Shown: positions 1 to 13,742, counted from the stretch's first letter. The stretch: DNA of 64,000 nucleotides from Octopus vulgaris (GCA_951406725.2 OX597814.1:78120001-78184000); one strand, 5' to 3'. The notes: a model not told the origin generated them from the letters alone. Translations and numbers: made by a program.

Positions 1-875
1 GGTATTTAAATAGTAAAAATATAAATTTGCATTTAAGATCTTTTGCAAACTGATAACTGACAAATGAACGAACTGAAAACATTTTTTTTAAAACTTCAAA
101 CTTCATTTCTATATAAAAGAATTTGATGGCCTATTTTCATAAATACAAAATTAGACAAACACTACTTCAATACCCACTACTACGCCAAATGATCATAAAT
201 TCCTTGGAGGTAAATGCTTTTCTTCATATTTACAGAATAAGTATATTCATTGAAGAATATTTCATACTATAACTTCATGATAAACAACATTCTTTATCAA
301 AGTCCTTTTTTCCCCACCCCAAAATTTCAAAATTATGTGGCAGACCTTTCTCCTGGTTGGTCCGTGCGTAGCAATAATATGGCCATTATTCCTCCCCTTA
401 TCCCTCCCATCTACCTTCGAATGTTTCTCCTGAAATAAGATGCCACGGACAGGCAGACGGAGATCAGCATCCCTATTATAATAAATCAGATTATGTAAGA
501 TAAGAAAATAAGGAGATTATATTTTATATATTATATAATATATATAATATATTATATTATATCATGAAATCTGTGTCTATATGTTGAAAGACATACATAA
601 ACAGTGAGAGAGAGAGAGAGAGAGAGAGAGGGGGAAATAAAAAATAACTATATGTATCATATATATACATATAGTCAAGTCATGTTTTGAAGTTTGTGTT
701 CCATTATGATGGGGCGTGCACTTAAAATATCCGCGTTTTTAATAAAAACTTGTTAGTTAATATGGTGAAATCAATGCTTATCTATATATCTTTCACTCCC
801 TCTCTCTCTTTCTCACACACACACACACTCTCTCTCTTTCTCACACACACTCTCTCTCTCTCTCACACACACACA

Positions 876-930
<55 letters not shown>

Positions 931-1474
931 TCACTCTTTCTGGCTCTCTTACTGTATTTCTCTTTCAGCAACATTTCTCCCCTTCTTTTATTCAAAGTGA
1001 AAGTTTTTTTAGAGTCTGTATTGCGTTTTCTATAATGTTGAAAGACAGAAACACGCGCGCGCGAACACACACACACACACACACACAAATATATGCATAC
1101 ACACAAAAATACACACACGCAAACAAAAAATAACTAAATATCTTCCAAGACTTGTTAGTTACAATGGTTACAATACTTACTATCTATCTGTTTTTCACAT
1201 ACATGCTTTCTCTCTCTCTCTCTGGCTCTGTATATCTTTTTCAACAACAACTTTTTCGCCTTCACTTTTTCGCTCCCTCTAAGAGTTATTGTGAGGGAGA
1301 AACATGGAGATATGGAAATTGGCATGCCTTTTATAGTATAATATTAGAGTGTGTAAATTAAATACTAAAAGGGACCAGAAATTATGGCGAAATATAGATA
1401 TTTATGAGTTGCATATAATTTTCAAAGGTTAATATTTCAGACTTTGACACGCCTACTAGATTAATCAAATAAAG

Positions 1475-1527
<53 letters not shown>

Positions 1528-1944
1528 TATATAGATCATGTTTTAGCGCTTTCTCTCATTCTAGTGGGGTTTTCAAATCAAACTAAGTTCCTGTGTGAGG
1601 AGTTTTGACCATTTTATAGTGGTATTGAGTTTGTGGTGGTGGGGAGGAATATAAGACAGTACAAGAGGGTGGAACGCCGGTTAATGGAGTCAGGACTGCT
1701 TTATATACAAATAAATACGATAAATGCTCATGCAGAGATAAATCAAAATGCCCTTTGATGAATCTCTGTATGAGTACAAATCTTGTATATAAATGTACCA
1801 TGCACACAGGGTATAAGGATCTTTCGTTGGATAAGACTTTTTGATTTTGATTAAAATTTTTTTCAAGCCTTTTTGTTGGTTATTCTGCTTTCCACGTAAA
1901 TGACGTCAATTACTAATATAGTGTTTTGTAAATCATTTCTTTTT

Positions 1945-2326
1945 TGACTGAGGCCAACAGCATGCCCAAAAAATATAACTTGTACCTTTCCAAATTCAGA
2001 CTTGGCAAGGTTCACAGTTTTGTTTGTTCCTTCTCGAGCCATGCCTGACTCATAAGGGCCGGTTTCCCGGTTTCCTTGGCGTATAGTTTCCCCACCTGGA
2101 CAGGACGCCGGCCCGTCGCAAGTGAGCTGCAAGATGCTTCGCTCATAAACATACACATCGCCCAGTCTGAGATTCGAACCCGCGATCCCTCGACCGCGAG
2201 TCCGCTGCTCTAACCACTAGGCCATGTGCCTCCACAAGGTTCACAGTTAGTTTTGCTTCAGATAGTAGGTGATGACATCATCCATGTAGGCTTCGACACC
2301 GTCAAGGCCGGATGTGACGTTGTTGG
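1945..2326 (-). mobile_element. Ty3/Gypsy-like reverse transcriptase fragment, interrupted by a SINE
   Basis: Minus strand reads NNVTSGLDGVEAYMDDVI (YMDD at 2277-2288). After removing the SINE it continues LSEAKLTVNLAKSEFGKVQVIFFGHAVG, typical of Gypsy RT downstream of the YxDD motif. Confidence 0.75.
2020..2235 (-). mobile_element. tRNA-derived SINE with target-site duplication
   Basis: Minus-strand head GTGGAGGCACATGGCCTAGTGGTTAGAGC...GGGTTCGAATCTC has A and B boxes. Flanked by the direct repeat CAAGGTTCACAGTT (2006-2019 and 2235-2248). Confidence 0.85.
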
Positions 2327-2499
2327 AGTCAACAAGACTCTTAAGTCCCGAAATATTGGGCACAAATAAAACCAACAGTAGCAACATTATAAAAACAAAA
2401 ATCAAAACAAAGATTTCCAGGTAATTTACTTTTAATTTTCATTACCTCATCTTACAGTCTATTTTGCATTGTTTAGCCTTCTATCTCTTTCAACGTCAC

Positions 2500-2700
<201 letters not shown>

Positions 2701-3018
2701 CGTAAGATATAATTGCTAACCAAGTGTGGCGTCCTATAAAGGAAAGTGGTACTGACTTTTATAGCCCCAGGATGACATTTCTTCCAGCTGGCTACGACAC
2801 ACATTCTGTATCTGATTAGTATTTACGAGGGGGTGGGGTCATCGCTCCCATTTCTAGCCTTACGTGACGCACACGGACTCGAGTTTCTGGTTGGTAACCC
2901 GTCCTCAGCGTGTGTTAATTACGCTAGTGATGAAAACTCAGTCCACTCGCAAAATACTATAAGCTTTTTCCAGCGACAAACAGTCACTGATCCCGAAAAA
3001 GGAGACACACACACACAC

Positions 3019-3078
<60 letters not shown>

Positions 3079-3249
3079 AATAATTATTGTGAAGCATTGT
3101 GTAGAACATATTGTATAAAAGATCGTGAGTAAGGCCAAAACAATGCGAAGTAAATGCAAGGTAAATCACAAGAAAATCTCCCAGACAGCAATATTCAACA
3201 ACTCACGCAGGTAAAGAAAAAAAATATCGAATCCACCCGGTTTTGATTA

Positions 3250-3332
3250 ACTGTAAACGCGTTTCGGAGTTAGAGAGATGTGAAAAATATAAAATCATAT
3301 TTCTACTCCCCCATTCTCCTCTTCAGTACAGT
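3250..3332 (-). ncRNA. Minimal type I hammerhead ribozyme motif
   Basis: Minus strand: ACTGTA-CTGAAGA-GGAG...CTCC-GAAA-CGCG-TT-TACAGT. Stem I 6 bp, intact core, stem II, palindromic stem III, GUU triplet. Confidence 0.75.
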
Positions 3333-3644
3333 AATTCAAGATTTTAAATTTAAGAGCACTGATAATTAACATACATATTTGACCAAGCTGTAAGTGTGTA
3401 GACGCGTCTGCGTGTGTGTATATGTGTATGTACATGTAAACGTATGTTTATGTACTGATATGTGTGTCTGTTCAAGTTGTATATATAACTGTTACTCTGT
3501 CGAAGTTTGTATATATACATATATGTTCAAAGAGACGAAAATATTTTGACACAAATTAAATTTAAATGTTGAAGTGTAACTAACGGTTTTTGTGTGTTCT
3601 TAAGCACATTTATCACTGATAAATGAGCTTTTGGGAACATAGAG

Positions 3645-6043
3645 GCCCACTCATGAAAAGCTTCTTGACCCAAACGTTAAGAACAAAGTGCAATAAAAAA
3701 AGTTGTACAAGTCTCAAAGCAGACTTGCAAAAAGAACTCAAGAGGCTTAAAGACACTTGGTGGAGAAATTTGTCAGGGTAAGTACTGGCAGCCTATGACA
3801 GGAAAGACATTAAAAGTTTCTATAGTTTATTGCGGCAAGCTTTTGGACCGCAAAATTCATCATCATATGTTCGCTTGAAGTCGAAAGATGGAAATGAGAC
3901 TATTAAAAGTCCTCCTGGAATAATGAATAGGTGGAGAGAACACTTTGCAGATCTTTTTCACAGTCCGTCTATAGTGAACATGGATATCATAAACAACATG
4001 CAACAAAGAGAGATAGTGCAATACATGAACGATACACTTTTGGTTGAAGAAGTAAATCTGGCATTATGTAAACTGAGATCTGGTAAAGCACCTGGATTGG
4101 ATGATATTCCAGTTGAAATTCTGAAAGTAGTGGGGGATCATATTTAATCTGAAATTCATAAGCTGATAAGTCGAGTTTGAAATGAATATTTTGTGCCACA
4201 AGGATGGATAAATGACATTCTAATCTCTGTATGAATGGGTAAGGGCTCAAAAGCAGTATGTAGAGGGATAACTCTCCTGGCACATACCGGGAAGATACTT
4301 TTAAGGATCATGTTAGATCGTCCTGTCGAGAATGTGTGTCCATATGTGATTCCTGAAGAACAGCGTGGTTTCAAACCTGAGCGAAAAACAGTGGACATGA
4401 TATTTTCTGTGACACAGGCTCAAGAGATATGTTTAGAGGAACAAATGCCACTATACCAGGTCTTCATAGATTTAACTAATGCATTTGACATGGTAAATAG
4501 GGAGGCACTGTGGATATTTTATGTAAACTTGGTTGCCCTACACATTTGTGAGCATTTTTAAGGAACTACACAGAAACATGAAAGCTCAGGTAGTCTTTAA
4601 TGGTGAGATATCTCATGAATTTTCGGTGGACAACGGTGTTAAACAGGAAGATATTCTTGTCCCTACACTTTTCTCTATTCCTTTTGCTGCATTGTTTTGG
4701 AACGCTTTCAAGGATTGCAACAGAGGAATTGGAATCAGGTTTCAGATTTCAGATTTCGGACATCTGGACGTATTTTATTTTTGATTTGACTCGGTTCAAT
4801 AGCAAAGTAAAGACTTTCAAAATACTTGTTAGAGAATTACTTTATGCTGATGATGCTGATTTGTTGGCACACTCATAGGGGAATATGCAACATTTAATGG
4901 GCAGATTTTCCGCTACGTGTGTACATTTCGAACTCACAATTAGTCTGTGGAAAACCAAAGTAATGTTTACTACCGTGCCAGGACAAAAATATTCTGAACC
5001 AAACATTTTTGTGAATGGAACGAGGTTACAAGTCATTGACACCTTTGTTTACCTAGGAAGCACACTGCCAAGAAATGGTAGTCTTGATGCAGAGATATAC
5101 TATCAAATAGGGAAGGGAATTTTTGCATTTCGAAAGCTCGGAAAGTGAGTATGGGTGGATAGAGGTATTTCCCTGAAGACAAAAATCAGTGTCTGTATAT
5201 CGTGTGTATTGTCTGCATTTCTTTATTCAAGTGAGACATGGACCACTTACAAGCGTAATATAAAAATGCTGGAGAGGTTTCATAAAAAGTGCCTGAGACG
5301 TATCTTAAGAGTCAAGTGGGAATGTTTCATACTAGATACAGAGGTTCTGCGCATGGCAAGTTGCAGCTCAGTTGCACAACATGTTATCTTAGCTCAAATG
5401 GGATGGACTGAAAGGTTATTAGAATGAAAGACGAGCATTTGCCAAAGAGTCTTTTTTATGGTGAGTTGAATTCTGGTAAGCGAACACAACATAATCAGAG
5501 GAAAAGATATAAAGATTGTGTGAAGGAAAACCTGAAGAAACTAGATATGAACAAAAGTGATTGGGAAAATGATGTTTTAGATCGGAACAAGTAGAGAGGT
5601 GCTATCAAGACTGGTTGCAATGTCTGATGGAAAACTTGATTCAGCACTCTGAACTTAAAAGATTTGTCGCAAAGGAACAGTTGGAACTGTAATCAACAGT
5701 GAACATTGGATATCTATTAAATGTGAGCGTGTTCTGTTGTCAAAAGTAGGATACGTGAATCATATGAAGTCACAGGAAAATCGTAATGCTCAGATAAGGA
5801 ATGATCTTGGACACCAACCGGCTCTTACGACTTGTAAGACAATATCTGGAATTAAAAGACATGCGAGTTCGCAAAAACATTCCTTCAGAATCAAATTCCA
5901 AAGGGCAAAGACACAGAAGTAACTTGAATAATACGTGTCACTTGTGTTTTAAACTCTGTCAGTCAGCAGGTGGTTTTAAAAGTCATCTAAGGGCTCATCA
6001 ACGGAGTGATGGGGTGTGGTGAGTGTGTTGAAGATGAAGCAAT
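3645..6043 (+). mobile_element. RTE-clade LINE, 5'-truncated and degenerate, with C-terminal C2H2-like finger
   Basis: Broken ORFs carry RWREHF, GKAPGLDDIP, RGITLL, EEQRGF, FIDLTNAFDMVNRE, GVKQ, LLYADD, FVYLGS and LYSSETWT, and end in [21 protein letters not shown]. Many stops and frameshifts. Confidence 0.9.
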
Positions 6044-6093
6044 GTATATGTGTGTGTGTGTGTATATATATGTGTATGTATATATACATATGC

Positions 6094-6139
<46 letters not shown>

Positions 6140-6141
6140 GC

Positions 6142-6185
<44 letters not shown>

Positions 6186-6238
6186 TCATATGTGTATATA
6201 TATATGCATGTACATCTGTACACACATACACACATATA

Positions 6239-7127
6239 TCTTATTAAAACTGAAAATGTGTGTGTGTGTATCGGTATGTCCTCATTTTGCGCCAAAACGG
6301 CTCGACCGATTTTTCTTAAACTTCACACGCATATTACTTATGTGTCTGGGAAAGTTTTAAGCATAAATTGATTTCGAAAAAATGTTCACGTAAACGGCGG
6401 GAGGAATAACATTTGGGAGCGGTTGAACGGTGGGCGTAATTATTTTAAGCTTCCAAGGGAAATAACCCATTCCCTCCTTCGTAAATTAGGGTTTTTAAGC
6501 TCCCAAGGGAAATAATCCATTCCCTCCTTAAATTATTTGGTAAAAATGAAATTGAATATACTTATTTCTTAGTATTTGAACTATTTTAATTTTCTGAATT
6601 TATCCGGTACAAAGCTTAAACTAGTTAGTAGTATTCTCCTAAACAATAGATCCACTTATTTCGATTAATGTCTTATTCACGAATATACCAACTCTAGCGC
6701 TGCTAGGGTTGGTATATTCAAAGTCAATTACTCTGAATTGTTATTATCTCATATCTGATTATCCTGTTATTACATAACATCTATCAGGATTTAAGTATAC
6801 ATACCTTGTTAGTATTTCCTCCTATGTTCTAAATACTCTGGGAACATGTTAAAGCCCTTTTCGGGGGTACTTTATTTGAATTCTTACTATAGGGTAATTA
6901 ATTTCATGTTATTACATAACTGACTTCAGAATTTAGGTATTCATAACTTATAAGGAATTCCTAAAAGCATGATCCTTTGTAAGACAGTTCGCTATTCTCA
7001 ATAAATACACAAAAACCGTTTTAAGAGCTGCATACTTTGTATTGTTGCTCCTGGATTAGCGAAATAATTATGAGAATAGAATCAAGGGATAACTCCGCTT
7101 TCCCGGGAATTACCGGGCATGTCACCT

Positions 7128-7129
<2 letters not shown>
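6239..7129 (+). mobile_element. Non-autonomous Helitron-like element
   Basis: A|TC 5' end, (TG)n, then GGCTCGACCGATTTTTCTTAAACTT. 3' hairpin CCCGG-GAATTA-CCGGG (7102-7117) followed by CTGG|T, fitting a CTRR end and an AT target with no TSD. Confidence 0.65.
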
Positions 7130-7187
<58 letters not shown>

Positions 7188-7249
7188 AGTAGGTGAATGA
7201 ATTATCCTAGTATTGATAATTCGGTTAATCGATATCTGGGTTGCAAATT

Positions 7250-8185
7250 CACGTCAGAAAAAAGGTTGTAGCTACATGCCAAGGGTAGAAACCCCGTGTT
7301 CTTGTGTGGTAATTTGTGTATTTTTTAAAAAGAAGAAATGAAAGAATGGAGTCGAACGAAGATTTTAACAAAATTCCTTTACTTTCAACATATGTTTCGA
7401 AGACTGCATAAAGGGTGCATTATGCCGTCTTCTCATCAGGAAAGACAAGGAACCTCTATCAGCCTCAAGACGGACAAAAACTTTTTTATGGCTTCCTAAT
7501 AGGTGTTCACAGTGACAATGAGTGTTTTTTTTAAAAATCCGTTATAAGCAATGACGTCAAAATTGGTTGGAAAGAGGAAGTTATGAAAATAAGAAGGGGA
7601 CCGTATGCATGCTGTATGTATGTGGATGTGGGGGTTTTTGCTCTGGTTAGTGAGTTTGATTGCTTATGTGTGTGTATAAGTGTGTGTATATAACTGCATT
7701 TATGTCTATGTATGTGTGTGTGTGTAATAATGTGTGTGTTGGGGACAATTGTCAAAAAAATATAGCAGTAAGGTGAGAAATTTGTGTCTGTGTGTTTGGT
7801 TGAGCGTATGACAGAGATAGAGAGGGAGAGAGAGAGAGAGAGAATTAAAGAGGAAGAGATAAACATACGCTAGTGACATTTAGTATCATTGTTTTATGTA
7901 ACGGAGTAGACATGAAAGAGACATGAAATTAATTACTAAAACAGAGAAGCTATCTATATTATATATAATTTATATGAATGGAAGGTGTGTTTTTGCCAGT
8001 GTTTACACTTATGGAATTTTTCTATTAATGTGTTAACCAAGGGTAACTTGGCGAAAAGGATATAGAAGAGCTCGGAATTACAAATTCCGCAAAATTTCCT
8101 GCCCTTATCAAAAGGAAAGGATACAGACAATATGGATCAATCCAGCTTGAAAGAAATATTGTTGTCCTTAAGACGCCAAACTATT
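7250..8185 (-). mobile_element. Penelope-like element 3' end (GIY-YIG C-terminus, 3' UTR, hammerhead)
   Basis: Minus strand about 8180-7985 reads [44 protein letters not shown]...KCKH, parallel to the C-terminus of the PLE ORF at 56038-56670. Same-strand hammerhead at 7382-7444. Left boundary approximate. Confidence 0.7.
7382..7444 (-). ncRNA. Minimal type I hammerhead ribozyme motif (PLE-associated)
   Basis: Minus strand: CTTTC-CTGATGA-GAAGAC...GTCTTC-GAAA-CATATG-TT-GAAAG. Canonical core, long stem II, palindromic stem III. Confidence 0.8.
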
Positions 8186-8197
8186 TTACTTTGTCCT

Positions 8198-9000
<803 letters not shown>

Positions 9001-11597
9001 AGTACGTTTAAATATTTGTTGTGCAAGATTTTTTATGTGAAGTCGTGTGTTGAAACAGATATTGTTATATTTCGGAATGGTCATATTGCCAGTTTAGCCA
9101 ATAAAAACACACGCACTATATATTTGGTGTTATTTTGCTTCAGTGATATTTATTTTTTACATTAATCTTAATCTTATTTCGGCCAAAGTTCTTTCGTCAC
9201 ACTCCTGTGACCGCATCAGTGGTCCTTTGTTTTCTTCTCACTTACTTGTGTCTCTCCTTACTAACCGTCAGCCATTTTGTATTTCTATTGTATGTCTTCA
9301 TTTGCGCATGCTTATATCTCTATGTGCGTCTATGTTTATTTAGTGTGTGTGGGGGGGGGGATGCCTGTAATATTTGTATCTTCTGGTTATATACATTCTT
9401 GTAATTTGTATTTTGTTTTTGTTGTTGTTGCTTTTGTTCTAATTTTATTCATGTGTTTACATCCACCCATTATTATCATTACATATGCTTGTATGTATGT
9501 ATAACAACAATACTAGTAATAATAATAATAAATCTAATCGAGAAAAAAAAAAAAAAAAGAATATACATATACATATATATATATATACATACATATACAT
9601 ATACATATATATATATATATACATATATACACACATATATACACATATACATATACATATATATACACATATACATATATATAGATATTCATTTCTATTT
9701 CTTTAATTACCTGTGTATTTATTATGTTTGCAGGATCCACTATTGTCATATGTTGTGGTGTGCGCTATTGCTCCATTCTAGTTTTCTATTCAGGCTAGGT
9801 TTATTTTCTATTATATGTGTAGCTTCTGTAATTTGTCTAATTGTTGCATCTGTTCTATGTGTGGACAATATCTTAATCTCTATGTTATTGATTGATCCCC
9901 CGTGTTCTTGTTCGGCGTGTTGGTACAGAATCGATGAGCTTTTACCTTCCTTGAGTTGTCTCCAATGTTCATTCACCCGCTCACCAATGCTTCTTGCAGT
10001 TTCCCCTACGTATGTTACTGTCTTGTTACTGCATCGTCCCTCTATACATCTTATACTATAGACCACATTTCTGGCTTTACAGTTCGTTTGTGGGCTAAAT
10101 CTACATACAGTGCAATAGTTATCCGTACAGAGAGTTCTACTAAAAGGATAGGTTCTACCAATTATAGATCTGATAGGGTTGCCTGGCTTTTCAACAACCT
10201 TAATTCTTAGTTTAAGTTTATCTAGGGTCCTTCTAAAGCGGTACGCTAGTTCACCTCCAGGGGTGGTGTCAACGAACATGACACTCTGGTATTTATGGCT
10301 ATCATACCAAGAGTTGGCCTTCCTTATTTTCTTTTTTGTCCTTTCTATAGTGTTCCATGACTTGTTCCTATAGAGTGGGCAAATCCCATTCCTATCATTA
10401 CATAATATATTATATTATCAAATTTCTTCATGGCTCCTTTGTATACTCTGATCCTTTCTTTATGGCTGTAACCTGAGAACTGCATGCGGTGAATGAAATA
10501 CTGTATGTGTCTCTTTAATTCTGTAGGCTCGCACATGCGTGACACATTTCTCATTATTCTGACGAGGTCTGCCATCAAAATATTGAATTTGGCATTGCCC
10601 GCAATGGCTGAGTTCCGGTGGATCAGGTATTTTGAGGCCATAGGTTTTGCATAGTATGAATGAAGGATTTGGGTTTTATTTTTCACAATTTCTAGCCAGA
10701 GTTCAGTGTCTAGTACTGGTAGTCTATGGTTGGGGTGTTTAGTGGGGTAGTCTATTGTGACCTTAATACTCTGGTGGATGGAGTTAGCTATTTGCTGGAT
10801 GCTCTCCATAGTATTAGTTTCTATTACTATATCAACAGTACTTTCTTGTGGGGGTGCCTTTACTACTATATTGATATCATCAACATAGCGAGAGTACATG
10901 TTTACGAGTATGGATTTCTGCAGTAGGCATTCTTTAAGCCTTCTGTCCCACCATACCATGAAGAGGTTGGCCACATCACCAGCGATACTAACACCGATGG
11001 CTGCCCCCTCGTCCTGGGCATATATTTTATTATTAAATTTAAATGTGTGGCCTTTTAGGGTAACTCTTATACTAGCTCCTAGTGCATGTGCGATCATTTT
11101 CTTTACCTGATGGACATTTGCGGGGCTCCGTATGGCTCTGGTCCATCCGCGCCATCTTTCTATATGTGTCTTCCTAGCCATAGAAGTAATTGTAGGCGGT
11201 CTACCTCTTAAACATCTACTGGGGCAGAAACTACTAAGATTATGTTTATCTAAGTATTCACTATTATATGTCAGTCTAAGTAGGAGGCCCAGTTCTTCTG
11301 TGTCGACATTACAGAACTCCACCTGGCTCTCGTTGATCATCTCCACGCACTTCTCCACTGCAAAATCTACGTCAATCGATGGGTATAGGGATACCACATC
11401 CATGCTACCTACTATACATCCTGTCAAGTCACAAGTTTTGTTACAGTCACTGATCCTGCTTAGGAGATCTTCTGTGCTGTCACATACATCAGGTGACATC
11501 CTGATTATAGGGCGTATGATCATTGAGAGGAAGTAGGAGATTCTGTAATTGCTAGCGATATTCGCTCCACAGACTGGTCTTGTTGGTGGTCCTGCAG
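9001..11597 (-). mobile_element. Penelope-like retroelement (probably Naiad clade), 5'-truncated; left arm and spacer of the palindrome
   Basis: RT motifs PTRPVCGA, GSMDVVSLYPSI, GAAIGVSIAGDVANLFMVWWD, RYVDDI, LPVLD and YYAKPMAS (ORF 10345-11667). Cys linker and [14 protein letters not shown]...[16 protein letters not shown] (ORF 9746-10279). Frameshift near 10400. Clade assigned from recalled motif style. Confidence 0.9.
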
Positions 11598-13742
11598 GAC
11601 CGCCTACAATTACTTCTATGGCTAGGAAGACACATATAGAAAGATGGCGCGGATGGACCAGAGCCATACGGAGCCCCGCAAATGTCCATCAGGTAAAGAA
11701 AATGATCGCACATGCACTAGGAGCTAGTATAAGAGTTACCCTAAAAGGCCACACATTTAAATTTAATAATAAAATATATGCCCAGGACGAGGGGGCAGCC
11801 ATCGGTGTTAGTATCGCTGGTGATGTGGCCAACCTCTTCATGGTATGGTGGGACAGAAGGCTTAAAGAATGCCTACTGCAGAAATCCATACTCGTAAACA
11901 TGTACTCTCGCTATGTTGATGATATCAATATAGTAGTAAAGGCACCCCCACAAGAAAGTACTGTTGATATAGTAATAGAAACTAATACTATGGAGAGCAT
12001 CCAGCAAATAGCTAACTCCATCCACCAGAGTATTAAGGTCACAATAGACTACCCCACTAAACACCCCAACCATAGACTACCAGTACTAGACACTGAACTC
12101 TGGCTAGAAATTGTGAAAAATAAAACCCAAATCCTTCATTCATACTATGCAAAACCTATGGCCTCAAAATACCTGATCCACCGGAACTCAGCCATTGCGG
12201 GCAATGCCAAATTCAATATTTTGATGGCAGACCTCGTCAGAATAATGAGAAATGTGTCACGCATGTGCGAGCCTACAGAATTAAAGAGACACATACAGTA
12301 TTTCATTCACCGCATGCAGTTCTCAGGTTACAGCCATAAAGAAAGGATCAGAGTATACAAAGGAGCCATGAAGAAATTTGATAATATAATATATTATGTA
12401 ATGATAGGAATGGGATTTGCCCACTCTATAGGAACAAGTCATGGAACACTATAGAAAGGACAAAAAAAGAAAATAAGGAAGGCCAACTCTTGGTATGATA
12501 GCCATAAATACCAGAGTGTCATGTTCGTTGACACCACCCCTGGAGGTGAACTAGCGTACCGCTTTAGAAGGACCCTAGATAAACTTAAACTAAGAATTAA
12601 GGTTGTTGAAAAGCCAGGCAACCCTATCAGATCTATAATTGGTAGAACCTATCCTTTTAGTAGAACTCTCTGTACGGATAACTATTGCACTGTATGTAGA
12701 TTTAGCCCACAAACGAACTGTAAAGCCAGAAATGTGGTCTATAGTATAAGATGTATAGAGGGACGATGCAGTAACAAGACAGTAACATACGTAGGGGAAA
12801 CTGCAAGAAGCATTGGTGAGCGGGTGAATGAACATTGGAGACAACTCAAGGAAGGTAAAAGCTCATCGATTCTGTACCAACACGCCGAACAAGAACACGG
12901 GGGATCAATCAATAACATAGAGATTAAGATATTGTCCACACATAGAACAGATGCAACAATTAGACAAATTACAGAAGCTACACATATAATAGAAAATAAA
13001 CCTAGCCTGAATAGAAAACTAGAATGGAGCAATAGCGCACACCACAACATATGACAATAGTGGATCCTGCAAACATAATAAATACACAGGTAATTAAAGA
13101 AATAGAAATGAATATCTATATATATGTATATGTGTATATATATGTATATGTATATGTGTATATATGTGTGTATATATGTATATATATATATATATGTATA
13201 TGTATATGTATGTATATATATATATATGTATATGTATATTCTTTTTTTTTTTTTTTTTCTCGATTAGATTTATTATTATTATTACTAGTATTGTTGTTAT
13301 ACATACATACAAGCATATGTAATGATAATAATGGGTGGATGTAAACACATGAATAAAATTAGAACAAAAGCAACAACAACAAAAACAAAATACAAATTAC
13401 AAGAATGTATATAACCAGAAGATACAAATATTACAGGCATCCCCCCCCCCACACACACTAAATAAACATAGACGCACATAGAGATATAAGCATGCGCAAA
13501 TGAAGACATACAATAGAAATACAAAATGGCTGACGGTTAGTAAGGAGAGACACAAGTAAGTGAGAAGAAAACAAAGGACCACTGATGCGGTCACAGGAGT
13601 GTGACGAAAGAACTTTGGCCGAAATAAGATTAAGATTAATGTAAAAAATAAATATCACTGAAGCAAAATAACACCAAATATATAGTGCGTGTGTTTTTAT
13701 TGGCTAAACTGGCAATATGACCATTCCGAAATATAACAATAT
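11598..13742 (+). mobile_element. Inverted copy of the same Penelope-like element (right arm)
   Basis: Reverse complement of 9059-11201. ORFs 11549-12454 and 12521-13054 give identical protein over the shared part. Confidence 0.9.
13576..13620 (+). ncRNA. Degenerate hammerhead-like motif in the PLE 3' region (mirror copy at 9181-9225, minus)
   Basis: GGACCA-CTGATGCG-GTCAC-AGGAGT-GTGAC-GAAA-GAAC-TT-TGGCC. Core A9 is altered and stem III is not palindromic. Confidence 0.5.

Noticed and set aside
2160-2235. tRNA genes at SINE heads (also 41578, 19540)
   Set aside because: A and B boxes run into SINE bodies, one copy has a clear TSD, and no complete cloverleaf is evident.
9746-11597. Selenoprotein recoding, as reported for some Naiad PLEs
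   Set aside because: The retained ORF segments have no in-frame TGA, the break is a frameshift, and I could not identify a SECIS element.
11549-11667. N-termini of ORFs 10345-11667 and 11549-12454 as novel protein starts
   Set aside because: Read-through across the inversion junction; each N-terminus is antisense sequence of the other arm.
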